From: Chiloscyllium plagiosum
Lineage: Eukaryota
Direction of reading: 5' to 3'
Length of the DNA: 64,000 bases
Assembly (NCBI RefSeq): GCF_004010195.1
Contig: NC_057720.1
Location: forward strand, 25,216,282 to 25,280,281
Made by a program: the position numbers and the translations under genes. Positions 52,801 through 63,605 of the stretch are shown here, in pieces (position 1 is the stretch's first letter; the number at the start of each line of letters is the position of its first letter). The notes beneath the pieces were generated by a model. That model did no database searches, was not told where the DNA came from, and saw only the letters and a list, made by a program, of their open reading frames with translations.

Positions 52801-53185
52801 CCCCCCCCCTTCCCCACTACCAATGTTCAGTAGTGGCAGGGTGTACTATTTAGAAGATGCTCTGCAAAAATTACCAGGACTCTATAGACAGCACCTTACA
52901 AACCCACAATCGCTTCCATCTAGCAGGATAAGGGCAACAGATATATGGGAACACTGTGACCTGTAATTTCTCTCCAAGCCACCCACCTCCAGACTTGGAA
53001 ATGTATCATGGTTCCTTCAGTATCAATGAGTAAATCCAGGAGCTCCCTCTCTTGTGGCATTTTCGATCTACCTACAGCATATAGATTGCACTGGTTCAAG
53101 AAGGCAGCTCACCACCTCTTTCTTAAGGGGAACTAGTGCTCACCCAGCTAGTAATGCTCACATCTTGTGAATGGATATATAAAAT
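49891..53185 (+). mobile_element. Full-span family-B LINE: tRNA-like head, SINE-like body, APE-RT remnants, 3' tail; interrupted by a CR1 tail (about 50135-50470, minus)
   Basis: A box 49902-49912, B box about 49961-49971; APE remnants NIWG, ITIHGYVLSH, W.EDF.VHHQEW; RT ADD at about 52293; tail 53100-53185. Confidence 0.8.
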
Positions 53186-53217
53186 GAAACTGCTTTACTG
53201 GCTACTGCAACAAAATG

Positions 53218-53368
53218 TCATCTGGATGGGTATATGAATAGGAAGGGTTTAGAGGGATATGGGTCAAGTGCTGGTAAATGGGACCAGATTAGGTTAGGAT
53301 ATCTGGTCAGCACAGGTGAGTTGGACTGAAGGGTCTGGTTCCGTGCAGTACATTTCTATGACTCTATA
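53218..53368 (+). mobile_element. CR1 3' tail
   Basis: GGATGGGTATATGAATAGGAAGGG...TCTATGACTCTAT. Confidence 0.85.
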
Positions 53369-54327
53369 AGTTGCAATTTTTACAGAAGAACCCAAAGGCA
53401 CCTCACAGAAATGTTATCAAACAAAATCTGACGCTGGCCACGTGTGAGATGTAGTAAGGTGCACAACAGTTTGCTTGAAGTTGTAGATTTAAGAAGCATC
53501 TACAGGAGGAAGCAAGTAGCGAGGCTGAGGAGGAGATCCCAGAGCCTGGTCTAAGAAGTTGAAGATATGATTTCAATAATCAGTCTATAGAAATGACATG
53601 TACACAGAGGCCCAAGATGGGAGCAGAGATCTTGGGATCTTTAAAGACTTGGATGCAAGAAAGACAATGTCAGAAAATGTTTTGAAAACAAGCAGAAGCC
53701 TTCTAAAATGGAGAAACAGTGTAGGGTAGCTGGCATGAATGATGGGTGAATCAACTTGATGTGATGTAGGACAGCAGAATTTTGGATAAAAATGGAATAT
53801 ATCAGGCTTGCCAGGGAACATTGGAATAGCTAAGGTAGTCTACAGACATCAAAGGTATGGTTTCAGAAGGTGATGATCTGAAGTAGGGTGGAGATAGATA
53901 AAGTTAGAATTTATCCTAATAACTTTATGACCTACATCCTAGAATCATCCTTATTGCACTTCTCTGAATGCATTTAACATTATCAATGTCCTTTTGATGG
54001 TTCCTAATCTCGAATTCCACAAACTATTCCCAGTGTACTTTCAGTAACCAGCTGGTCAAATTTAGAAGTACTGTGTTTTTTTTAAAACTTGTATAGATTT
54101 TAAATCTAATCAGAGCATAGTATGAGCAGTGATCAATTGTGTTTGTTGTTTACTCATACTACAACCCATATGCGAGAGCAAGTTTTCTATACTAAAAATA
54201 TTGAACGGTCAACTTGTTTTTGGCGATTACAATCTTAAATGTCACGATTGGTTTAGAAAAGTGATGTGTTGCATTCATTTTTTTGGTGTTTATGAAAAGG
54301 CTGACAGGATTTTTTTTTGACATCCAG

Positions 54328-54450
54328 ATCTGGATCATACAAAGATTCTGAAGGAATCAGACATCATGATGAGTTTGATGTATCCTTATTGGTGTGTCAT
54401 AGTGCGGGTCCTTTTGAAGAGCTACCAGAAACAGAACGCAACATGCTACG
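54328..54450 (+). CDS. SZT2: SZT2 exon, 123 nt ([41 protein letters not shown])
   Basis: catccag| acceptor, CG|GTAGGT donor, phase 2/2; [20 protein letters not shown] motif. Confidence 0.95.
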
Positions 54451-54467
54451 GTAGGTCTATGTCTTTG

Positions 54468-54762
54468 TATAGAGTCACCGAGTTGTAGAGATGTACAGCA
54501 TGGAAACAGACCCTTCAGTCCAATTCATGCATGCCAATCAGATATCCTAAACTAATCTAGTTCCATTTGCCTGCACTTGGTCCATATCTCTCTAAACCCT
54601 TCTTATTCATATACCCATTCAGATGCCTTTTTAATGCTGTAATTGTACCAGCCTCCACCACTACCTCTGGCAACTAATTCCATACATGCACCACTCTGCA
54701 TGAAAAACTTGACCCTTAGGTCACTCTTAAATTTTTCCTCTCTCGCCCTTAACCTATGCCTA
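54468..54762 (-). mobile_element. CR1 3' end
   Basis: TAGAGATGTACAGCATGGAAACAGACCCTTC... Confidence 0.88.
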
Positions 54763-55894
54763 CTTTGCCTCTTTGGTGCATTATTTTGTTATCTGGAGTT
54801 TTAAATCTTAGAAGCATATAGTTTCCAATTCATCCCCTATTTATTTCTATTCCTAGATTCAAAGTTCTCTCCTTCATTGTGAAGATTAGTAATCTGTACA
54901 TCTTTTAGTGTCACTGTAATGAGAATATTTACCAAACCAGTACAACATTGATGTGCCTGAGATGTCTGTTTAAAATCGCAAAGCTGGAATATTGTGGATC
55001 CTTGATAAATGTTGCTACTGGATTTGAAAGAGTGTCTATTATGTGAGAGGATTCAAAGCTTCTAGTTACTTTGTATCATACATTTGAATGCTAATCATTT
55101 CTGTCCAAGTTATGGTTTTGTGCCTTGAGGTTACCAGGGATATTCCTTGAGCAAGTATACTTTTGAATACTGAGTAACTATTATTCCGACTTAATGCCAC
55201 ATACCACTTCCAGTCTAACAGTCTGTAACAAATCTTACGCCTTACCTATAAATATTTGTTAACCTTTCAGAAGTTGTGGAGTTCATTATATATTTTCAAT
55301 TGAGGGGAGCAAATAGCTCTTGAAACTGCTTTGTAATGTGCTGCTGTTAAAATGCAAGACAATAAAATATCCGTGTTTTGTTCTGGATATTGTTATCTGA
55401 TGGCTTTTGATTCATCCAATGCTCAGTTAAAATTACGGATTACCTTCAAATATGATTTGGGTAGCTAATGAAGAGTTTGTGTTTGTCTATGTAAACAGTG
55501 ATTCCAATTATTTTAGCAATTTTCACTGTAAAGTGAGAATCAGTTAATAGATTAACTATTCAAAGTTTAACCTGGCTTTCCAACATAAGTCTTCCCCGAT
55601 GTATTGTTTCTACATTAGTGTAATTACCAAGTACAGATCTATTTGACATAAACCTCAAATACAAGAAGCACTAATTGTTAATTATCCTTTAGGTCGATTT
55701 GTCTATAAATTGTAATTTGAAGTCACTTCTGAAGGCTTTCTTCTTCATCAGCTATGGAGCAATGGCTGAATCTGATCACTGCTATTATACTCTATTAACT
55801 ACCTTGTGCTACAATCAATATCAGAACTATAGCTGAGGGATGTTTGAAGCATTGATACACAGTGAAAACTGATTTTTATTTTGCATACAATACT

Positions 55895-56524
55895 ACAGGT
55901 ATAGGTAGTTCCGGTATAATGTGCATTTCGGCAGCATGATTTGGCTACAAGAATTTGCTGAAGAATTAGGGAACGGTAATTTGGAGAATGTTTACCTCCG
56001 TTGGCAATAGCGCGATTTCAGCAGGAATTGGTTTGCGTCCAAATCTGCACGCCTGCACATGCGTGTGCTTGCTGATCTGCGCATGCTCCGGTATCCGTGT
56101 ATACGCAATGTCGGTACCAGTCTTTGTGCCGTGCTGTGAATGCACCGAAATCTCTCTGTCGTTCTGCACATGCGCAAGGTGAGCTCAGGTCTTCATGACG
56201 TTCTGCGCATGTGCCGAAGCCAGCTGCCGATAGAGCAGCTTTCTATGAGAGGTACCGTACAGAGAGTGGCTTTCTTACATATTTAAAATTTATTATTAAA
56301 TTTGCTTTTGTTCTCTGATTGAATATGATTTCAACCTTCATTCAGGCTGTGCTATTCTGTGCGTTAGACTTTTGGGTGATTTTTGAGCAATCCTGAGTGA
56401 CATTTTTTGCTGGTCTGCCCTTAACCTCACCTTTCCCATAGGCTCCATTATTTCTATGAAGTGATTTTCTGTTAAGTGAGATTTCACTAGAACGCAACTA
56501 CAGCATTATAGGAGAACTACATGT
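55895..56524. mobile_element. Tigger/pogo-like non-autonomous DNA transposon
   Basis: TIRs AGGTAGTTC...TATAATG and CATTATAGGAGAACTACATG-TA; CpG-rich interior. Confidence 0.6.
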
Positions 56525-57570
56525 ACAGGTGTCGCTAATAAGGTCTTAGCGTTTTGGGTAGGGTTAAGAAAATTTAAGGAAACATACTTAAGCGTGTTAG
56601 CAAGCTACAATCCAGAGTTTTATATTGTGCAATTACTAAGCTGTGCACCTTACAAATTGCAAGGCTTTCTCGTTTATTTGCGTTTCACTTAAAAAAAGTT
56701 TAATATTTGCCAGAAGACTTAAAATATCTTCAGTCAAATGGAAATTAATAGTACTTATAAATACAATTAGTCTACATTTTGCACCATGTACTATACCTTG
56801 CATTCATCTGTGTTAGAGACCCTTAGAGACTTGTGATTTTTGTCCATAAAATGTGTACCAGCATTCAAAATTGGATGCTGCAAAGAGAACAAAACTCGGA
56901 ACTAAATGATCTATATCTGAATGGACAGAGCATTCATAACAAAGTAAATCAATTGATAACATATGTTGAAGTGAATAAATACAGTCCGATAGTACATTGG
57001 CTGCAAAATGACCAGGATTGAGTTCTGAATATTCTGAGGTATGTGACATTCAAGAAGAATAGGTGGTTAGGCAAAGGGGTAGCTTTTATAATGAAAATTG
57101 GTATAAACATTAGATATGATCTTCATTGAGGAGAACAGGTTGAGGAATTTGTTTGGATAGTGACGAAGTTAGTAGGGAAAAGATTGAGAGTGTGATCCAC
57201 AGCACCCACCCCCCCACCCCCCCACCCACTCACGAACAGGTTGACACAATATAGAAATTATACAAGAGAACAAATTAGGTGTTTGTAATAAAGGGACTGC
57301 AATAATCATGGGTGATTTTAATCCATATGTAAACCAACAAAATCATACTGGTAGTAGTAGCTTGAACAAAAAATTCATAGAATGCTTTTGTGAGAATTTT
57401 TTATAGCAATGGTTATACTCGTCTTGGTATTGTACACCGTTACAGGATTAATTAATGACCTCAAAGTGAAGACTGTTGGTAGCAGCAATTATGATAACAA
57501 TACGATTGAACTTTACGTCCAATTTGAAAGCGAGAAGAGTGGATCCAAGACTGGTATTCTAAAGTAAATA

Positions 57571-58315
57571 AGGCCACTGTTGGAATATTGCATGCAATTC
57601 TGGTCTCCTTCCTATCGGAAAGATGTTGTGATACTTGAAAGGGTTCAGATTAGATTAGATTAGATTACAGTGTGGAAACAGGCCCTTCGGCCCAACTCTT
57701 ATTTGTCCACACCGACCCGCCGAAGCGAAACCCACCCATACCCCTACATTTACCCCTTACCTAACACTATGGGCAATTTAGTATGGCCAATTCACCTGAC
57801 CCTGCACATCTTTGGACTGTGGGAGGAAACCGGAGCACCAGAAAAGATTTACAAGGATGTTGCCAGGTTTGGAGGATTTGAGCTATAGGGAGAGGCTGAA
57901 CAGGCTGGGGCTGTTTTCCCTGGAGTGTCGGAAGCTGAGGTGTTACCTTATAGAGGTTTACAAAATTATGAGGGGCATGGATAGGATAAATAGACAAAGT
58001 CTTTTCCCTGTGGTCAGGAAGTCCAGAACTAGAGGGCATAGGTTCAGGGTGAGAGGGGAAAGATATGAAAAAGCCCTAAGGAGCAACTTTTTCACGCAGA
58101 GGGTGGTACGTGTATGGAATGAGCTGCTACAGGATGTGGTAGAGGTTGCTACAATTGCAACATTTAAGAGGCATTTGGATGGGTATATGAATAGGAAGGG
58201 TTTGGAGGGATATGGGCCGGGTGCTGGCAGGTGGGACTAGATTGGGTTGGGATATCTGGTCGGGTTGGACAGAAGGGTCTGTTTCCATGCTGTACATCTC
58301 TATGACTATGACTCT
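57571..58315 (+). mobile_element. Young CR1 3' end containing a V-SINE
   Basis: RPLLEYCMQFWSP..RKDV..LERVQ / KRFTRMLPGLEDLSYRERL...; tail TCTATGACTATGACTCT. Confidence 0.92.
57648..57838 (-). mobile_element. HE1-type V-SINE 3' half inserted in CR1
   Basis: (ATTAG)n tail; near-identical to the reverse complement of 32420-32606; splits CR1 at VQ|KRF. Confidence 0.92.
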
Positions 58316-58508
58316 GTGTGGGCGTGAAACCAGAGCTAGTTACTGTGAATTGGGATATTAGGCTAGGACATGCATTAGGAGAGAAACAATGGCAGATATT
58401 TAAAGAATGCCCATATTGCCAGTGTAAAAAATCCAAGGGGAGGACCAACCAAGGTATTAGAATTGTTCATCAAGGAAGTTATAACTGAGCTCTTAGACTG
58501 CAAGTAAT

Positions 58509-58601
58509 GTGATGAAGGGATTTTGCCCGAAACGTCGATTTTCCTGCTCCTTGGCTGCTGTCTGACCTGCTGTGCTTTTCCGGCACCACTCTGATCTAAA
58601 A
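58509..58601 (+). mobile_element. 93-bp Penelope-derived insertion starting at the hammerhead motif, with 12-bp TSD
   Basis: ACTGCAAGTAAT at 58497-58508 and 58602-58613; GTGATGA-A-GGGA-TTTT-GCCC-GAAACGTC. Confidence 0.8.
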
Positions 58602-58654
58602 ACTGCAAGTAATCTGGACAAGTCAGCATGGTTTGCTGAAAGATCAGTCATACG

Positions 58655-59125
58655 AGGTCAATTCCCAGAATGGCGAAACTATCTTATGCTGAAAGATTGG
58701 AGCGACTGGGCTTGTATACCCTTGAGTTTAGAAGGCTGAGAGGTGATCTGATTGAGAGGTATAAGATTATTAAATGATTGAACACTCTAGAGGCAGGAAG
58801 CATGTTTCCGCTGATGGGTGAGTCCCGAACCAGAGGACACAGTTTAAAAATAAGGGGTAGGCCACTTAGAACAGAGTTGAGGAGAAACTTCTTCACCCAG
58901 AGAGTGGTGGGTTTATGGAATGCTCTGCCCCAGAAGGCTATGGAGGCCAAGTTTCTGGATACTTTCAAGAAAGCATTGGATAGAGCTCTTAAGGATAATG
59001 GAGTCAATGGTTATGGGGATAAGGCAGGAACAGGATCCTGATTGAGGATGATCAGCCATGATAATAATGAATGGTGGTGCTGGCTCAAAGGGCAGAATGG
59101 CCTACTCCTGCATCTATTGTCTATA
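58655..59125 (+). mobile_element. CR1 3' end (different subfamily)
   Basis: ESRTRGHSLKIRGRPLRTELRRNFFTQRVVGLWNALP; tail CCTACTCCTGCATCTATTGTCTAT. Confidence 0.9.
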
Positions 59126-59741
59126 CTTAACAAATTCATTGAAGTTCTATGAAGGAGTTACACGAGCTCTGGATAAATTGGAGCCTGAAGATGTACTATA
59201 CGTGTATTTCCAGAGGGCATTTGACAAGGTGCCACATAAAAGATTATTGTTTAAAATAGAAGCTCATGATGTAAGGGGTAACATTTTAGCATGGATAGAA
59301 GACAGATAATCAGACAGAAATGAAGAGCGGCTTCTGCAGGGTTCTATGCTAAGGCCACAACATTTTATAAATTTGTGACCATGTAGGGTGAGGTAAGCAA
59401 AAGCATGATAGCTAAATTCATAGCTAATACTAAGGTAGGCAGGAAAGTGAGAAGATATAAGGAGTTTTCAGACAGATTGAATAATAGACATAGGTTGAGC
59501 AAGTGGAGAAAAATCTGGCAGATGAAGAATAATGCAAGAAAATATGAAGTTTGCCTTAAGAATAGAAGTCAGTAGTATTTTCACGAAGAACAACTGTGGA
59601 ATTCCACAGTGCAAAGGGATCTAGACGTCCTCGTACACGATCTCAAGTTGGTCTGGAGGTAATGATTAAGAAGGTTACTTACAAGAGGAATTAAATTAGG
59701 AATCTTGGGTAGGGGATGGCCTTGTGGTCTTAGCAAAGTTA

Positions 59742-60052
59742 TCATTGAGATGTACAGCATGGAAACAGACTGTTTGGTCCAACTCGTCCATACTGATCAG
59801 ATATCCTAAATTAATCTAGTCCCACTTGTGAGCATTTAGCCCTTATCCCTCTAAACCTTTCCTATTCATATACCTATCCAGATGCCTTTTAAATGTTGTC
59901 ATTGTACCAACCTCCACCACTTCATCTGGCTGCTCATTCCATACACACGCCACCACCTTCATGAAAAAGTTGTCTCTTAGGTCCCTTTTAAATCTTTCCC
60001 CTCTCACCCTAAATCTATGCCGTCTAGAATTAGATTCCCCTACCCTGGGGAA
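59742..60052 (-). mobile_element. CR1 3' end
   Basis: Minus ORF RRHRFRVRGERFKRDLRDNFF...FKRHLDRYMNRKGLEG. Confidence 0.88.
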
Positions 60053-60074
60053 AATGAATTCAGAAACCTCGGTA

Positions 60075-60367
60075 AATATTCTGTCTTTGATACCTGCCAT
60101 GGCAAATAGAATTTGAATTGAATAATAATCTGGAAATTAGAGTATAATGATCATGAGACCATTGTTGATTGTTGGAAAAACCAATCTGGCTCATTAATGA
60201 CCTTTTAGGGAAAGAAATCTGTCATCCTTACCTGATCTGGTTATGTGTGCCTCCAGACCCATAGCAATGTGGTTGACTGTTAAGATGCCTTTGGACAATT
60301 AGGGATGGCCAATAAATCCTGGTACAGCCAGTGATGCTCACATCCCATGAATAAATAAAGAAAAAAA
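60075..60367 (+). mobile_element. Family-B SINE
   Basis: Body identical in layout to the family-B LINE 5' end, joined directly to the tail GGATGGCCAATAAATCCTGG..GCCAGTGATGCTCACATCCCATGAATAAA. Confidence 0.8.
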
Positions 60368-60879
60368 CTTAAATTTTAGAGTATGGAAGTTAAGCTTCAC
60401 TTGTACAGGGCATTGGTGAGACCATATCTCTCATTGTGTGCAGTTTTGATCTTGAGTTTTGGGTAGCAGTTTTGGTAAGGAAATGCCCACTGAAAGATGG
60501 TTCAGAGGAGGTTTATTAGATACCTAGAATGAGTGGGTTGTGCTGAAAGGAAAAATTGGTTAGCATGGGTGTGTTTCCCCTTGTGTTGAGAAGAGTGAGG
60601 AATGATTTGATTCAAGTTTGTAAAAATTTGAATGATCTTGACAAGGTGGTTTCTCATGTGAGGGAGCCCCTAATTAGTCTATTGCTTTAAAATGAGGGGT
60701 TGCTCGTAAGGCAGTTGTGAAGGGATTTTGGAACTCTGTTTCAGAATTTGGTGGAAGCATGGTTATAGCGAAGGTGGATAGATTCTTGTTAGGCAAGGGA
60801 ATCAGCAGTTACTGGAATAGAAGGGAATGTGGAATTTGAAACTCAGTCATGACTTTATTGAACAACTTGGTTAGAGACC

Positions 60880-61970
60880 CAAAAACTGCAGATGCTGGAA
60901 TCCAAAGTAGACAAGCAGGAGGCTGGAAGAACACAGCAAGCCAGGCAGCATCAGGAGGTGGAGAAGTTGACGTTTTGGGTGTAACCCTTCTTCAGGACTG
61001 GGGGTGGGTGTGGAGGGTGTGCACACCTGAGGGAGGCAGACAACTTCTTCAAAGTGGCATTCTTTGAAGAGACTTTGCAGTGGAACAAACTTGGTTAGAG
61101 ACAAAAAAAGCTTGTTAGAAGTGTCGACTTCCGCACAACCGAAACATCCTGAAGAAGGGTTACACTCAAAGCGTCGACTTAGAGTCATAGAGATGTACAG
61201 CATGGAAACAGACCCTTCGGTCCAACCCGTCCATGCCGACCAGATATCCCAACCCAATCTAGTCCCACCTGCCAGCACCTGGCCCATATCCCTCCAAACC
61301 CTTCCTATTCATATACCCATCCAAATGCCTCTTAAATGTTGCAATTGTACCAGCCTCCACCACATCCTCTGGCAGCTCATTCTATACACATACCATCCTC
61401 TGCGTGAAAAGGTTGCCCATTAGGTCTCTTTTATATCTTTCCCCTCTCACCCTAAACCTCNNNNNNNNNNNNNNNNNNNNNGGAAGGAGACCAGAATTGC
61501 ATGCAATATTCCAACAGTGGCCTAACCAATGTCCTGTACAGCCGCAACATGGCCTCCCAACTCCTGTACTCAATACTCAGACCAATAAAGTAAAACATGC
61601 CAAATGTCTTGTTCACTACCCTATCTACCTGCGACTCCACTTTCAAGGAGCTGTGAACCCGCACTCCAAGGTCTCTTTGTTCAGCAACACTCCCTGGGAC
61701 CTTACCATTAAGTGTATAAGTCCTGCTAAGATTTGCTTTCCCAAAATGCAGCACCTCGCATTTATCTGAATTAAACTCCATCTGCCACTTCTCAGTCCAT
61801 TGGCCCATCTGGTCCAGATCCTGTTGTAATCTGAGGTAACCCTCTTCATTGTCCACTACACCTTCGATTTTGGTGTCATCTGCAAACTTACTAACTGTAC
61901 CCCTTATGCTCTGCACTTCCTGTGCTGCCTGGCTTGTTGTGTTCTTCCAACCTCCTGCCTGTCTACTATA
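60880..61970. repeat. Penelope-derived palindrome with two opposed hammerhead motifs, split by CR1
   Basis: Left arm 60880-60996; right arm 61148-61178 resumes at 61910-61968. Confidence 0.75.
61179..61908 (-). mobile_element. Young CR1 3' part, with 21-N gap at 61461-61481
   Basis: SKFADDTK, WQMEFNSDKCEVLHFG, RPLLEYCMQFW. Confidence 0.93.
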
Positions 61971-62680
61971 TTGATCAACAAGCAGGCTCCAAGGTCCATG
62001 TGGCCTACTTCTACCTCTTCTTCTGCTCCTGATTAGCATGTTCATTTTTATGCTTGTCAAATGAACACGTTAACCCTTTAAAATGGTAGGGAAAGGCATT
62101 TAATTACTAATTCATCTTTCGGTCTGCTTCTTGAAGTGATTTTAATCTGCATCTGCATAATGTATCAAAGCTGGTTGCAACATGGATGTCAAAAATGCCA
62201 AAGCACTCTTGTTCATTTAAAAAACTAAATACATCAGAGAAATACAGTGACCTGCAAGACTGCACTTATAGGAAATGCTAGACCCTTGTTTTAAAACTCT
62301 CCCTTAATAACAAATTAATAATGGAATAGAATTTCAAATTGTAGTTTTTCTGCTTGTGAATTCTTATCCCTGTAGTAACAGTTAGCGGTCCATTAAATTT
62401 GTAGTTTTTGCAGCTTTGAGTGTCACTCAAGCCCGTCTTTTACGATATTACAAATAACTACAGATGCAAAGTTCCATCTGTCATATCCTAAAATATGCCT
62501 ATCCTTCTCCCCCTGCCTCTTGATCTCCAAAAGGGGAATGTATTAATGTAAAGCACATGAAAAAACACGAAGCTTTAATTTGCATTGAGAATGGATGTAT
62601 TTTGTTTGAGAGGTCCTGGACCAAACCATATCTGCATGAAAAATTAGCTAATTTCATTTTTCAAAACTTTTTTTTTTAAG

Positions 62681-63167
62681 ATTACGTTTCTATGTGATCA
62701 TGACAAGCTGCCGGGAGTTGTTCCCAAGACTAACTGCTGATATGAGACGCTTTAAGAAATTACCACACACTCGTAAGGACTCTTTTGATTTCACAAGAGA
62801 TTCCTCATTGTCAGAAAAATATGAACCTGAACAGAGGGAGACTGACCCAGATGGCTGGGATGACTCTAGCGATTCCAGTGAGTTTTACTTGCACAGGAAA
62901 CCATCGAAGATGGTTCCAGAACTATTCTATTCCTCTCCACTCTTCCCTTTGTTGGCATCTGAGGTAGCAACAGCCCAAGAACAGATTACAATGATGGTTC
63001 AGCAAGCAAAGTCCCACTGTCGGCGTGATGTCCTCTGGCAACGCCTCTTTTTGGGAGAACATCTCTCTTCAGATAAACACAAAATGAGCAAGCTGTCCTT
63101 TGCGGAGCTGGAAGAGCTACTTGGAGCTGTGCATAGTAAATCAATTTCTGAAATTGACCCACAACTG
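62681..63167 (+). CDS. SZT2: SZT2 exon, 487 nt (RLRFYVIMTSCRELFPRLTADMRRF...HCRRDVLWQRLF...KSISEIDPQL)
   Basis: tttttttaag| acceptor, CTG|GTGAGT donor, phase 2/0; RELFPRLTADMRRF, HCRRD.LW.RLF and IDPQL motifs. Confidence 0.96.
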
Positions 63168-63382
63168 GTGAGTGACAGACAATTCTGCATTATAGTAAAA
63201 TTAAATGATTATTTTCAGTGACAGCTGTATTGTGATAAAAACTTAATTCTATGAACATTTATGACTAGAGACTTAGGTACTTTGTCCAGATATCCTGACT
63301 TATTTATTGATACAGCAACTTTCTTTTAACTGGCACTCTCAATAAATTGGCAAAAATTTTGTACTTGAACAGATGTTTACTG

Positions 63383-63605
63383 TCAGTTGGTTCTGATATA
63401 ATGCGATAGTTTGGTTCTCGTGTGATCTCGCATTACAAGAAAATTGTGCAGTAGCTGCACCATTTAAACTAATGGGGCTGGAATTATGTTATGGCCAATA
63501 CAGGTAAGGAAAGTTCTCGCTCTACAAATAATGGTCTAAATTCTTCAATCGTGTTATAGCCAATTCGCTTTGAAGAAACACACGTTACAACAGAACTGAC
63601 CTGTA
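63383..63605. mobile_element. Tigger/pogo-like MITE; another begins at about 63877
   Basis: CAGTTGGTTCTGATATAATGCG ... CGTTACAACAGAACTGACCTG-TA TIR-like ends. Confidence 0.55.

Larger units (their letters stand above)
56890..60860 (+). mobile_element. Old CR1 LINE ORF2 (APE to 3' end) hosting several nested insertions
   Basis: LYLNGQSIHNK APE start, IIMGDFN, VYFQRAFDKVPH, later C-terminal remnants; collinear across the insertions. Confidence 0.75.

Noticed and set aside
60861..61105. Direct repeat AACTTGGTTAGAGAC at 60864 and 61088
   Set aside because: Probably an insertion-related duplication; two copies only, not an array.
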